DNA of 64,000 nucleotides from an uncultured delta proteobacterium (GCA_963717985.1 CAVQYC010000003.1:34314-98313); one strand, 5' to 3'. Positions 19,359 to 29,127 are shown, numbered from the stretch's first letter. Made by a program: numbers and translations. The notes: a model not told the origin generated them from the letters alone.

Positions 19359-19712
19359 CTACGGGGTGCCCAGGCGTTTAGCCTTCTTCAGTGCGAGATA
19401 GCTTTCTTTGATAAAGCCCGGCTCGACGATGGTCATGGTGATGTCCTCAACGGTCATGCTTATGCCCGTGAGGTCGATATCCGCCTCAAGGCCGGCAATA
19501 AGCAAATCGACAAGCTGGCGGGGGTAGTCATCCTTGGTCGCTTGACTTCCGGTTAACCCTGCCGACCTATACCGTTTAAGGTTCGCGTTCGATGCCTCGA
19601 CGTTGACCTTGTCGCCTTCGAACACCAGCAATCCGCGCTTTTTCCACTTGGTGACTGCCTGAGCCGTCACCCCGTGCATTTCCCCAAATCTTCTCATCGA
19701 CACAAGCTTCAT
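19359..19712 (-). CDS. HTH DNA-binding protein with a Nu1/small-terminase-like N-terminus
   Basis: MKLVSMRRFGEMHGVTAQAVTKWKKRGLLVFEG resembles lambda Nu1 (..KKQLADIFGASIRTIQNWQEQGMPV..). The rest of the protein has no recognisable motif. Confidence 0.45.
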   Translation of the reverse strand: MKLVSMRRFGEMHGVTAQAVTKWKKRGLLVFEGDKVNVEASNANLKRYRSAGLTGSQATKDDYPRQLVDLLIAGLEADIDLTGISMTVEDITMTIVEPGFIKESYLALKKAKRLGTP

Positions 19713-19836
19713 TGTAAACCTCCTGACGGGACTATAAACCGAATTTTGAAAAGTTCACAGGTAGTCGCGCGCCGGGGTGGACAAAATCCCGTATGGTTAA
19801 AGGTGCCACGGAGGACCCGCTGTGTAGGGCAGGGTC

Positions 19837-20217
19837 TTACGGCCCGGCCCCTTTTGCTTTCCGCGCCCGTATCTCATCTATGCTTAGGACAACGGCCCTC
19901 TTGTCGCCCTTCATCCTGCCGTATGCCTCGGGGTCGCTTATCCACTTCTTGACCGTGGTGGGCTTTGGAGGGTGACAGACACCGCACACAAGCACCCCGT
20001 GGATGGACAGCCACCATGCATACTCATGGCAGATATGGCAGGGCAGGACCGGTTCTGTCACCTCGATACCGTTTCTGACAGTCTCGCCGCTCTTCGGTGT
20101 AAAGGGATTCCCGGACGTGGCCCGTGGCTTTTCGGAAGGTCCCACGAGGGGCGTGGCCGGGTCCTCGGGAACGTCATTGTCTTGACCGATAGGCATTTGA
20201 TAATCACGCCATCCCAT
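19837..20217 (-). CDS. small zinc-ribbon protein, function unknown
   Basis: 126 aa with CHICHEYAWWLSIHGVLVCGVCH (CxxC..CxxC). RBS AAGGAGG 8 nt upstream of the ATG. Confidence 0.5.
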   Translation of the reverse strand: MGWRDYQMPIGQDNDVPEDPATPLVGPSEKPRATSGNPFTPKSGETVRNGIEVTEPVLPCHICHEYAWWLSIHGVLVCGVCHPPKPTTVKKWISDPEAYGRMKGDKRAVVLSIDEIRARKAKGAGP

Positions 20218-20300
20218 TTTTTAGAAACCTCCTTGCGGGTACAAAAGGTCAGAAAGGTCAGAAAGTCCGGTTTCGTGTGCCCTTTTCAACCTTTTGTACC

Positions 20301-22151
20301 CTATACAGGTTTAAGAATCTCGGGGTTCACGTCGTACACGGTTGACGGTCTTCCCCCCGTGGTCTTTTTCACTGGTTCGCTGATGATATGCCTGGAAGCG
20401 AGAACCTTTAAGGCCGTTTCCAGGCGGCCTATCGTCCTGAACCGGCGATTCTCTTTGATTGCGTCGCTTTGCTTGAACGTCGGTTCCCCTTTTGCCACAA
20501 TCCACTTGAGCACGGCCTTAGCGTCATTACTGGCCGGGTCCTCGTCCATGAGGTCGAACGCGGCCCGCGCATGACAGATAAGAAGCTCGCACAGGTCAAG
20601 GGCGCGCTCCATGGTCGCTCGATTTATGGTAGAGTTCGACGTGCCATGTTCCACAACATAAAACAGCCCGCCGATACGAAGCGCCGCCCCCGGCAATTTG
20701 CTTGTCCAGTCCTGAATGCTGAAATACTCCCCGTCCGCTCCCTGCTTGCTTTCTATGTACTGGCTGAAACGCTGCCATGCCTTCAAGGCATCGGCGGTTA
20801 AAGTCAATATTCTCGGCTGCTCTTGTCCGTGCTCGTCGTAAATGGGGTCTATTGCCAACAGCACCATGATTCCGGCGCGATATCCCGCCCTGACTGATTC
20901 CGGGATAGTACCCCGGCGCATTACGTCCCTGGTCCCTATGGTGCTTGCGGGTAGGCAGTAGAGGAAGCGGGCAAGCGTCCCGTTTCCGCGAAAGTGTTTC
21001 TTGCGGCCTTCCGCGAGGTCAACTATTATGTCCGTCTGCACGGCAAGACCGAAAGATAGCGCCGGTTTATTCAGCGTGACGGTACGCCCCTGTCGATCAA
21101 CCCGGACCGGCGAGCCTGCGTGTCCTTGTAGGAAGACATTGAGGTTTGCCCGGCCATTGGTGTAAAGCCCTGCCATCACCTCGAATATCCCGCCCTCATC
21201 GGATAAGAGCGCCATGCGCTCGCTATTTTCCGCCATGAGAGCTTGCAACCGCTCCGGGGTAACGTCGTCAGTCCATACTCTCGGGGGCCTTATCTCGTCG
21301 GGGGTTTCATCCTCAATCCGTGTGATGCCCCGTATTGCGCTCTCCCTCTCATCGTCCGGCGTGTCTGGCTTCGCGGCCCTTGCCTTCAACTGGTCGATCC
21401 GCTTAAGATTGATGTCTCGCCGGTGGTTGACTTCCTTGATCTTCGGTTTAAGTTCCTCGGCCTGGTCGTTTTCCCACAAGGTCAACGGTTCGGCCATGGC
21501 GTTCTTGACGGCTGTCTTCCTGTTGCCGGGGTCCAAAGCGGTAACAGTCCAAAGGGCCAAGGGTTCCCTGTAATCATCGGCGTAAGGTGAAACCTCGAAG
21601 CGTTTTTGAAGACATGCCGCAACCGTGGACAGAGCAAACATGACGGCCATCCCCGACGGTGTCTGTGTGGCCTGCGTGACGGCCTGGCAATAATCCCCCA
21701 GGTAGCCGGGCAAGAGGGTACTTGGTAGGTCCGGCGTCTCTATGTCGCCGAAAAGGAGAGGTTCGGGCCATTCCTCATCCGTGTTTACCCTGCCCGCGCT
21801 CTGCTTCGGCCCTTCCATGAAGGCTGCAAGGCTATCATCTCCACTTATGATCTTCCGCGCTTCGTTCCATGTGTGCCCCTGACAGCTATCGTGGAAACAT
21901 TTGTAAAGAAGCTGGCCGCCCGCCGTTTGAAGGATTCCCGCGCCTTTGTGCCCCTGGTCAAAAAGGCAACCATCCGAAAGGACGTAGAGCGTGCCTGCCG
22001 TGATCGTCTTGACCGTGTATGCTCTCCCATAGTGATCGAGGTACGCAGCCACGTCGAGACGGGCCTTGCCGTCGTCCGCCTGTTTCGGCGGCTCCTGCTC
22101 GGGGAACATGGCCCGTGCCCGCTCCATCGCCTCTGCGCTCATGGTGCTCAT
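20301..22151 (-). CDS. DUF3987 (YfjI-like) replicative helicase-like protein with an N-terminal Cys/His zinc module
   Basis: 616 aa. The N-terminus has ..CLFDQGHKGAG..YKCFHDSCQGHTW.., and the central/C-terminal region matches the DUF3987 architecture seen next to primases in integrative elements (recall). Its start overlaps the primase stop by 4 nt. Confidence 0.6.
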   Translation of the reverse strand: MSTMSAEAMERARAMFPEQEPPKQADDGKARLDVAAYLDHYGRAYTVKTITAGTLYVLSDGCLFDQGHKGAGILQTAGGQLLYKCFHDSCQGHTWNEARKIISGDDSLAAFMEGPKQSAGRVNTDEEWPEPLLFGDIETPDLPSTLLPGYLGDYCQAVTQATQTPSGMAVMFALSTVAACLQKRFEVSPYADDYREPLALWTVTALDPGNRKTAVKNAMAEPLTLWENDQAEELKPKIKEVNHRRDINLKRIDQLKARAAKPDTPDDERESAIRGITRIEDETPDEIRPPRVWTDDVTPERLQALMAENSERMALLSDEGGIFEVMAGLYTNGRANLNVFLQGHAGSPVRVDRQGRTVTLNKPALSFGLAVQTDIIVDLAEGRKKHFRGNGTLARFLYCLPASTIGTRDVMRRGTIPESVRAGYRAGIMVLLAIDPIYDEHGQEQPRILTLTADALKAWQRFSQYIESKQGADGEYFSIQDWTSKLPGAALRIGGLFYVVEHGTSNSTINRATMERALDLCELLICHARAAFDLMDEDPASNDAKAVLKWIVAKGEPTFKQSDAIKENRRFRTIGRLETALKVLASRHIISEPVKKTTGGRPSTVYDVNPEILKPV

Positions 22152-22885
22152 TGATTGTCCCCCATGTCATCGATGTATGCCATTCTATGCGGCCTGGCCT
22201 CTCTGCCCGGTCCTTCCGACACAGGGTCACCCTTGCGGGCAGTCGTGCCGTAGAGCTTCCATATCCGCGCCGGATTAAAGCAGGTCGTGTCAACGTGTAC
22301 CTTGTCGGTATTGAACCGCGCCGCAAGCATTTCGAGGGTGCCCTTGATGAATTGTCGGGTCTCGTCGTTCGCGGGCATATCGGGAAGCCTGAAAAGAAGG
22401 TGCCCCCCGTTCCCGCTCATGGCCCGGATAGGTGAAGGAAAGGCAAGCTCCTGCGCTACCCATTCAGCTACCGCGTCTCGAAGCACAAGGGCCTCGGCAA
22501 GCTCCGCATTACTCGAAGAGATGCCCGAAGGACGGACCGGGTCGAGGTCAACGGGCAACCATCGGTAGGCAAGGACGTTATTGTCGCTTGTGGTTAGGTC
22601 TGAAGGCCGAAGCCGGTTGAAGGCCCGCCCGATAAGGCGAGGGTCGATCACCTGTAGCGTGAAGTAAATGCCGCCGTGGGTGGCCTTGTCCGTAAGCTGT
22701 ACGATCTTACGGAAGGCGTCGAAAGCGTCGAAGTAGCCGGTCACCACGCCCCTGACGTACTCATTACCCCAGGCGGGAGACTTACCGGACGCGCCCAGGA
22801 TTCGCACCTCGACCACTTCACCCGGCTTGACGAAGGTCTCAAAGACGGGCCGGTCAAAGAGGGTAAGGCGGGTCTCACTCGTCAT
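22148..22885 (-). CDS. archaeo-eukaryotic-type primase (prim-pol) domain protein
   Basis: Three AEP motifs in order: WLPVDLDP (DxD), SGNGGHLLFRL (sGxGxH) and VHVDTTCFNPARIWKLYGT (hD..R..G). Confidence 0.65.
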   Translation of the reverse strand: MTSETRLTLFDRPVFETFVKPGEVVEVRILGASGKSPAWGNEYVRGVVTGYFDAFDAFRKIVQLTDKATHGGIYFTLQVIDPRLIGRAFNRLRPSDLTTSDNNVLAYRWLPVDLDPVRPSGISSSNAELAEALVLRDAVAEWVAQELAFPSPIRAMSGNGGHLLFRLPDMPANDETRQFIKGTLEMLAARFNTDKVHVDTTCFNPARIWKLYGTTARKGDPVSEGPGREARPHRMAYIDDMGDNQ

Positions 22886-23066
22886 GGCTTGCCTCTCCGC
22901 CCCGATTGCAGAGCGCGTCTATGTCGGCCTCACGCCATGCGGTCGTGCGCGGGGAAAGTTTAATACCCCTCGGGAATATGCCTTTTCTGATACCCGCCCA
23001 CCACGTACTTTTTGACACGGGAAACCGCTCCAGAACTTGCGGCAAGCGTAAAAAACGTTTGTGCAT
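22875..23066 (-). CDS. alpA: AlpA-family excisionase/transcriptional regulator
   Basis: 63 aa. FLRLPQVLERFPVSKSTWWAGIRKGIFPRGIKLSPRTTAWREADIDAL is the typical AlpA HTH. Confidence 0.8.
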   Translation of the reverse strand: MHKRFLRLPQVLERFPVSKSTWWAGIRKGIFPRGIKLSPRTTAWREADIDALCNRGGEASHDE

Positions 23067-23194
23067 TAGACACCTCGCTGTCGTGAAATAAAAAATCCCA
23101 TGATGAACTTTCGCGCATTGCGTTGTTCTTCATGGGACTAATCTAATTTATTGAGGGAGATTTGTAGATTGACGATTAAGGAAAACGCTAAACG

Positions 23195-23923
23195 TCAAAC
23201 AGGGATGCTGGAAAGACTTATGGCCGGTTCTTCGGAGCACCAGCTTTCTACTTCAATAGACGCGGCCCTTATCATTTTCTCGGCTTGTTGATAGGCCCGT
23301 CTGACTCGTTTATCTGAAGCATCCAGTTCTTCGTTGTAAGCCGGATTGTTTTCCTTACGAGTGAATGTTTTTCCCGTCTTCCTGCGAGCTATTTCGAGTA
23401 AAGACAATCCTTCTTTTTTGTGAAGATCGTAAATGTCCCAGGGGTCATACTCGCGTTTCTTCCTGGTCGTTCTGCCCTCCGATATCTCGGGGTTCAGCAC
23501 CTTATCCCGGAACATATCTTTTTTTGCTTTGTTGACGATCTCGATGAAACAGTCTTTCAACTCTTCGTCGTTTTTGTTCAAGTCGATTGAGAGCCGCATA
23601 TACATCCGGTTCTTATGCCATGTCCAGAGACTATCAGGTAGGCTAATCGGTATGGGTCCATTTTCCCCCCATTCCCCTTGGCCTTCTTTCATCAAAACAA
23701 CAGCTTCTCGTTCAAAGAGCTTCAAGAGTGCTTCTCGGATAGGTGCGTCCGGACGCATGGTGAGGTAATGAAGCTCCAAGGGGCTCCATGGAAAACGTGG
23801 CTTTTTGGATAGCCTTTTCTCGGAGTCAGACTCTTTGTAATACTCCTCCAGAGCCTTGCGATATTCAAGGTATTTCGGGCATCGGCGTATTGCCTCAAGT
23901 CTGTCTCGTGTGGTCATTCTCAT
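23195..23923 (-). CDS. hypothetical protein (243 aa) with a C-terminal HTH-like segment; island cargo next to the integrase
   Basis: Start set at ATG 23923 (MRMTTRD) after GAGGAGAGG. It has lower G+C than its neighbours. ..DPWDIYDLHKKEGLSLLEIARRKTG..RVRRAYQQAEKMI looks like a sigma-r4/LuxR-type HTH. I recognise no other motif. Confidence 0.5.
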   Translation of the reverse strand: MRMTTRDRLEAIRRCPKYLEYRKALEEYYKESDSEKRLSKKPRFPWSPLELHYLTMRPDAPIREALLKLFEREAVVLMKEGQGEWGENGPIPISLPDSLWTWHKNRMYMRLSIDLNKNDEELKDCFIEIVNKAKKDMFRDKVLNPEISEGRTTRKKREYDPWDIYDLHKKEGLSLLEIARRKTGKTFTRKENNPAYNEELDASDKRVRRAYQQAEKMIRAASIEVESWCSEEPAISLSSIPV

Positions 23924-24048
23924 TTTCGTTTCACCTCTCCTCGTTCCTGAAAGAACAGGCAGACGCCGGAGATTGCGTTTTTCGGCCCGTCGGCCTATCT
24001 CCCTTTTCAACCTTTCTGACCTTTTGTACCCTATACAGGGTTTCGCTT

Positions 24049-25278
24049 TTACCCCTTCCTCTTCAGCGGCAACACCTGCGCTCCCTGCTTCAGCCCGTCG
24101 AGATAGTCGGCCCAGGTTTGCATCATCTCCTTGCGGCCTGCAAGGTGTGAAGTCCGATTGTAGGCTCTCCCGTTCGGGTCTCTCACGGCATGGGCAAGCT
24201 GATGCTCGATATAATCAGGCCGCACTTGTAGCACTTCGTCAAGGATCGTGCGGGCCATTGCGCGGAAGCCGTGCCCCGTCATGGTTTCCTTATCGAAGCC
24301 CATGCTCCTGAGCGCCGCATTCACCGCGTTGTTGCTCATCGGCCTTGCGAAGGAGCGTTCCGAAGGGAAGACGTACTTGCTCGCTCCCGTAAGCGCCTTC
24401 AGTTCCGTCAATATCGCTATGGCCTGAGTGCAGAGAGGCACGATATGAGGTTGCTTCATCTTCATCTTGTGCGCCGGTATGTTCCAGGCCCCTTCATCAA
24501 GGTCGATCTCCGCCCATTCTGCTTGTCTAAGCTCCCCAGGACGCACAAAGAACATGGGGGCAAGGCGTAAGGCGCATTTGACCACAAAGCCGCCCTGATA
24601 GCCGTCTATGGCCCTTAAGAGGGGGGCAACCTCTTTGGGGTCGGTGATTGCCGCGTGGTGCCTTTCTGGCGGTTGAGGCAGGGCACCTCTCAGGTCGCCG
24701 GAGCAATCGCGTTCACATCTGCCCGTGGCGACCGCATACCTGAAAACCTGCCCGGCGACAGTCCTTAGCTTGTGTGCCAACTCAAGAGCGCCCCTGCCCT
24801 CCACCCGACGAAGGGCGGTCAACAACTCAATCGCTTTGATCTCGTTGATCGGCCGCGTTCCCATCCACGGGAACAGGTTTTGCTTGAGCCTTGCCATGAC
24901 AGCATTGGTGTAGCTCGGCGACCATGCGGGAGAGAATTTCGCGTACCATTCACGGGCGATCACCTCGAAGGTCTCGGTTTCGGCGGTCCCTGTCTGCTTC
25001 ATGGCCTTGCGGACGCTGGCCGGATCGATACCGTGGGCGATCTGCTTCCGGGCTTCCTCACGCTTCTCTCGCGCTTCGGCAAGGGAGATTTCAGGATATG
25101 GGCCGAAGCTGATTCTCTTGCGCTTCTCGTGAATCAGGTATTGGAAATGCCAGTATTTGCCGCCCTTCACTGACACAAGAAGGTAGAGACCGCGCCCGTC
25201 GGATAGCTTGTAGTCTTTCTTCCGGGGCCTGGCGTTTTTGGCCTGAACATCGGATAGCTGGATAACCCGCTTAGGCAT
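24049..25278 (-). CDS. int: tyrosine recombinase, P4-type integrase (DUF4102 N-terminal arm-binding domain)
   Basis: N-terminus ..KDYKLSDGRGLYLLVSVKGGKYWHFQY..ISFGPYPEISLAEAREKR... The catalytic region has ..HGFRAMARTIL.. and ..HQLAHAVRDPNGRAYNRTSHL... The 5' end faces the tRNA 3' end. Confidence 0.9.
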   Translation of the reverse strand: MPKRVIQLSDVQAKNARPRKKDYKLSDGRGLYLLVSVKGGKYWHFQYLIHEKRKRISFGPYPEISLAEAREKREEARKQIAHGIDPASVRKAMKQTGTAETETFEVIAREWYAKFSPAWSPSYTNAVMARLKQNLFPWMGTRPINEIKAIELLTALRRVEGRGALELAHKLRTVAGQVFRYAVATGRCERDCSGDLRGALPQPPERHHAAITDPKEVAPLLRAIDGYQGGFVVKCALRLAPMFFVRPGELRQAEWAEIDLDEGAWNIPAHKMKMKQPHIVPLCTQAIAILTELKALTGASKYVFPSERSFARPMSNNAVNAALRSMGFDKETMTGHGFRAMARTILDEVLQVRPDYIEHQLAHAVRDPNGRAYNRTSHLAGRKEMMQTWADYLDGLKQGAQVLPLKRKG

Positions 25279-25451
25279 TGGCTTTTCTCCTTTTTTGAGG
25301 CATATGATGTTTTTTTGAGGCATACGCACCCCAAATATGACTCAAAAACTTCCGGATTCCAATAGATAGTATAACACCTCTTCGGACTATCAACAATAAA
25401 AAACCCGCTATTTCTAACGGGTTTCGGACTACATGGGATTGTGTCGGATTA

Positions 25452-25472
25452 TAAAAAAGCTCCCCGGGCAGG
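25452..25472. repeat. proximal att repeat (attL) overlapping the tRNA-Asn 3' end
   Basis: aaaaaagctccccgggcagga. See the 18263-18280 feature for its partner. Confidence 0.6.
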
Positions 25473-25532
25473 ACTCGAACCTGCAACCTACTGGTTAACA
25501 GCCAGCCGCTACTGCCGATTGAGCTACCGGGG
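25459..25532 (-). tRNA. tRNA-Asn (anticodon GUU), CCA not encoded
   Basis: Folded by hand into a 74-nt cloverleaf. Acceptor TCCCCGG/CCGGGGA; anticodon stem GCTGG/CCAGT with loop CT-GTT-AA; T arm GCAGG-TTCGAGT-CCTGC; discriminator G. The D stem has only 3 bp. Confidence 0.9.
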
Positions 25533-25573
25533 AAACGATTACAGTAAACACGAAAAACGGCAGAATGTCAATA

Positions 25574-26779
25574 CTAGTCTTCAAATACAACGGTTTTAAA
25601 CTTTCTTTTGCCCACCTTGAAGGTGAGTCGCGGGCTCTCGATCAAAAGGGATTCCGCCGCCACCTTCACAAGCTGATCGTCCTCCGCCACGTAGACGCCT
25701 CCTTGCTCGATGACCCGTTTCCCTTCAGAAGTGGATGGGACCATGCCGATCTCCTTAAGGAGTCCGGGCAGCCAGACAGGCTCGCTCACCTTTTTGCGAT
25801 AAACTATTTCCGTCACCCCCGGTATCTCCCCCTGGCTGTGCACCTTCTTCCAGTCGTTCTCCACCTGCGAGCCTGCGCCAGACCCATGGAAGCGCTCGAC
25901 TATTTCCCGGGCAAGCTGCATCTTTGCATGCATGGGATGGACGCTTTCCCTTTTGAGGCCGTCCTTCAATTCGCGCAGCTCTTCAAGGGATATATCACTC
26001 AAAAGCTCATAGTACCTGAGCATGAGTTCGTCGGAGATGGACATAAGCTTTCCGAATATGACGTCGGGCGGTTCGTCTATACCCACGTAGTTGCCGTAGC
26101 TCTTGCTCATCTTATTCACGCCGTCGGTGCCTTCGACAAGGGGTACGGTAATCACCGCCTGCGGCTCCTGGCCATACGCTTTCTGGATCTCCCTTCCCAC
26201 GAGCAGGTTGAAGATCTGGTCGTGGCCGCCAAGCTCCACATCAGCCCGGAGCGCGACCGAGTCGTATCCCTGTACAAGGGGATAGAGAAATTCGTGAACA
26301 CTGATGGGAAGGTTGTTCTGGTAGCGGCTTCTGAAATCCTCACGCTCAAGCATGCGAGCGACGGTGTACTGGGCGCAGAGCCTGATCATGTCCCCCGCGT
26401 TCATCGCTTCCATCCATTCACTGTTGAAGCGTATCTCGGTCCTTTCAGGATCGAGGATCTTGAAAACCTGTCTCTTGTAGGTCTCCGCGTTCTGCACGAG
26501 CTGTTCCCTTGTCAAGACGGGTCTCGTCTCGATCCTGCCCGTCGGATCGCCTATCATGCCGGTAAAATCACCTATAAGAAAGATCGCCGTATGGCCCAGC
26601 TCCTGAAACTGCTTCAGCTTCTGCAGCACTACGGTGTGGCCGAGGTGCAAATCCGGTGCGGTCGGGTCCATGCCCAGCTTTATCCGCAAGGGGCCTCTTT
26701 CAGCCTTCGCCTTCGCCAGCTTCTTCTTCACCTCTTCGACGCTGATCAGGTCGACTGCCCCGCGCTCGATGATCTCCAT
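25574..26779 (-). CDS. tyrS: tyrosine--tRNA ligase
   Basis: HIGH motif ([10 protein letters not shown]), KMSKS motif (NKMSKSYGN) and a C-terminal S4-like domain. 401 aa. Confidence 0.95.
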   Translation of the reverse strand: MEIIERGAVDLISVEEVKKKLAKAKAERGPLRIKLGMDPTAPDLHLGHTVVLQKLKQFQELGHTAIFLIGDFTGMIGDPTGRIETRPVLTREQLVQNAETYKRQVFKILDPERTEIRFNSEWMEAMNAGDMIRLCAQYTVARMLEREDFRSRYQNNLPISVHEFLYPLVQGYDSVALRADVELGGHDQIFNLLVGREIQKAYGQEPQAVITVPLVEGTDGVNKMSKSYGNYVGIDEPPDVIFGKLMSISDELMLRYYELLSDISLEELRELKDGLKRESVHPMHAKMQLAREIVERFHGSGAGSQVENDWKKVHSQGEIPGVTEIVYRKKVSEPVWLPGLLKEIGMVPSTSEGKRVIEQGGVYVAEDDQLVKVAAESLLIESPRLTFKVGKRKFKTVVFED

Positions 26780-26800
26780 CTGCTTTCTCGAAGTCCATTG

Positions 26801-27575
26801 TCAGGCTATCTTTTCCCTTATCCTTTCTATGTGCAGGCAATGTCTTGTCCTGCGCATCTATGGTGATCATCACGCCCTGCACCTCGAGGTCGCCCTTTGC
26901 CACCTCGTATTTTTGGGGCAACTGGGTGAGAAACCTCTCAAGTACCGCCGCCTTGTCCATGCCTATGACCGAATGGGCAGGCCCGGTCATGCCCAGGTCG
27001 GTGATATAGCCCGTTCCCTGGGGCAGTATCGTTTCGTCGGCGGTCTGAACATGAGTATGCGTCCCCACCACGCAGGCGACCCTCCCGTCGAGAAACCAGC
27101 CCATGGCGATCTTTTCCGATGTCGCCTCGGCATGGAAATCCACGATGACAGGCAGCCTGATCCGCCATTTGTCGTAAGGAACTCTTCCATCGAGCGGAAA
27201 GGACAATCGAGGCGTCGCCATGAAGGTCCGGCCCTCGATGTTTGCGACGCAGATAGCCTTGCCGTTCTTCCGCACAAGTGTGGAGCCGAACCCCGGCGTC
27301 CCCGGCGGGTAGTTCAACGGCCTGATGACGCGTTGCTCCGCCATGAGATAGGGTATGATCTCCTTCTTCTTCCACACGTGGTTGCCCGTCGTGATCGCGT
27401 CCGCGCCCGCCTCAAGCATCTCCATGGCCAGGGACGGGGTAATGCCCAGTCCGCCGGCCATATTTTCGCCGTTGATCACCTTGAAGTCTGCGCGGCTTTC
27501 GCGCAGAATACCTGGCTGCGGCCTGTCTGCCCGGCTTTCCGATAACGTCGCCGAGGAATAGGACGGTAATGAACG
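26801..27575 (-). CDS. ymdB: YmdB-family metallophosphoesterase (TIGR00282-like); carries two apparent 1-nt frameshifts in this sequence
   Basis: Frame a: [23 protein letters not shown]. Frame b: ILRESRADFKVINGENMAGGLGIT...GTHTHVQTADE...VMITIDAQDKTL. Frame c: HIERIREKIA-stop (26801). The shifts lie near 27515 and near 26835-26850. The total length of ~258 aa fits the family. Confidence 0.75.
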
Positions 27576-29127
27576 TCATCGGGCATATTCTACCGCCCTT
27601 GTCTCCCTTATCACCACAATCTTGATCTGGCCGGGGTATGAAAGCTCTGTCTCCACCTTCTTGGCGATATCCTTGGACAGAAGGAAGATGGCATCATCAT
27701 TCATCTTCTCGCTGCTCACCACGATCCTGATCTCCCTGCCCGCCTGGATGGCGTACGACTTCTCGACGCCGCTGAAGCTCGATGCGATGCGCTCCAGCTC
27801 CTCCAGCCTCTTGATATAGGATTCGAGCATCTCCCTGCGTGCGCCCGGCCGCGCCCCTGACAGGGCATCCGCCGCCTGCACGATCACATCGAGCGAGGTT
27901 GAGCACGGGAACTTCTTCGTGGTGCGCCAGTATTGCATGAATGATATCTTCACTCTCCCCGTATTTCTTCGCCAGATCCGCGCCAATCGCGGAATGAGAG
28001 CCTTCCACCTCGTGGTCGACGGCCTTGCCGATATCATGAAGCAGACCCGCTCGCCTCGCCTCCTGCACGTTCAGCTTTAGCTCGGCGGCAAGGATGCCGC
28101 TGATGAAGGCAACTTCCAGCGAATGCTGGTAGACGTTTTGGGAATAACTGCTGCGGAATTTCAGCCTGCCGAGCAGCTTCACCAACTCGGGATGGACATT
28201 ATGCACGCCCGCGTCAAAGACCGCCTGCTCTCCGGTGGTCTTCAGCTTCTCTTCCAGCTCTTCAGCCACCTTCGTGACGACCTCCTCGATCCGGGCCGGG
28301 TGTATCCTTCCGTCGCTGATCAGCCGCTCTATCGCGATGCGCGCAACTTCCCTCCGTATGGGGTTGAAGCAGGAAAGGATCACGGCCTCAGGCGTGTCAT
28401 CTATGATGATGTCGACGCCGGTGGCCGCCTTCGAGAGCCCTTATGTTCCGCCCTTCCCTCCCTATGATGCGTCCCTTCATCTCTTCGTTCGGCAGGGACA
28501 CCACGGAAACCGCGTCCTCCGCCACGTAATCGCCCGCATAACGCTGGATGGCTACAGCGAGTATCTCTTTCGCCTTCTTGTCCGCCTTTTCCCGGGCTTC
28601 TTCCTCTATCTTCCGGGCGATCTTCGTGCCCTCGTACCGCGCCTCGTCTTCCATCGCCTGCATGAGCATTCTCTTCGCATCCTCGGACGTCACCCCGGCT
28701 ATCTCTTCCAGCTTCTCCCGCTGCTGCTTCAGTACCAGCTCAGTCTCGCCTATCCTGCCCTCGAGGTACACTTCGCGGCTGCCGACCTGTTTTTCCTTCT
28801 TGCCCAGCTCGTCTTCCTTTCTGTCGAGGGTCTCCATTTTCTTATCAAGGTTCGCCTCTTTCTGGGACAGTCGTTTTTCCGTGTTCTGGAACTCGGCCTT
28901 TCTGCTCTTTGACTCCTGCTCCAGCTCATTCCTTGCCTGAATGACGATATCCTTGGCCTGAATCGACGCTTCCCGCTTGGCGACATCGGCCTCCTTTCTT
29001 GCGTCTTCAAGGATTTTCCGCCCTATTGCCTCGTATTCGCCGGTCTTCCTTTTTTGGATGAACCGTGCCGCGAGGTATCCCGCAACGATACCTGCAATGC
29101 AGATTGTGAGGAAAGTATTATGTTCAA
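27576..29127 (-). CDS. rny: ribonuclease Y; broken into 3-4 frames in this sequence
   Basis: TM plus coiled coil plus KH (..[20 protein letters not shown]) lie in one frame. The HD domain (..[24 protein letters not shown]..) lies in a second, and the C-terminus (..[52 protein letters not shown]) in a third. The shifts lie near 28425 (an extra g in a gg run) and near 27905. The TTG 29127 start (MNIIL) is also out of frame with the TM segment. Confidence 0.85.

Larger units (their letters stand above)
18263..25473. mobile_element. ~7.2-kb integrative island / phage-satellite-like element at tRNA-Asn
   Basis: A P4-type integrase lies next to the tRNA 3' end, with a partial direct repeat of the tRNA 3' end at the far side. 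Cargo is AlpA, an AEP primase, a DUF3987 protein and AT-rich HNH cargo. An orphan terminator lies just outside attR. Confidence 0.75.
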
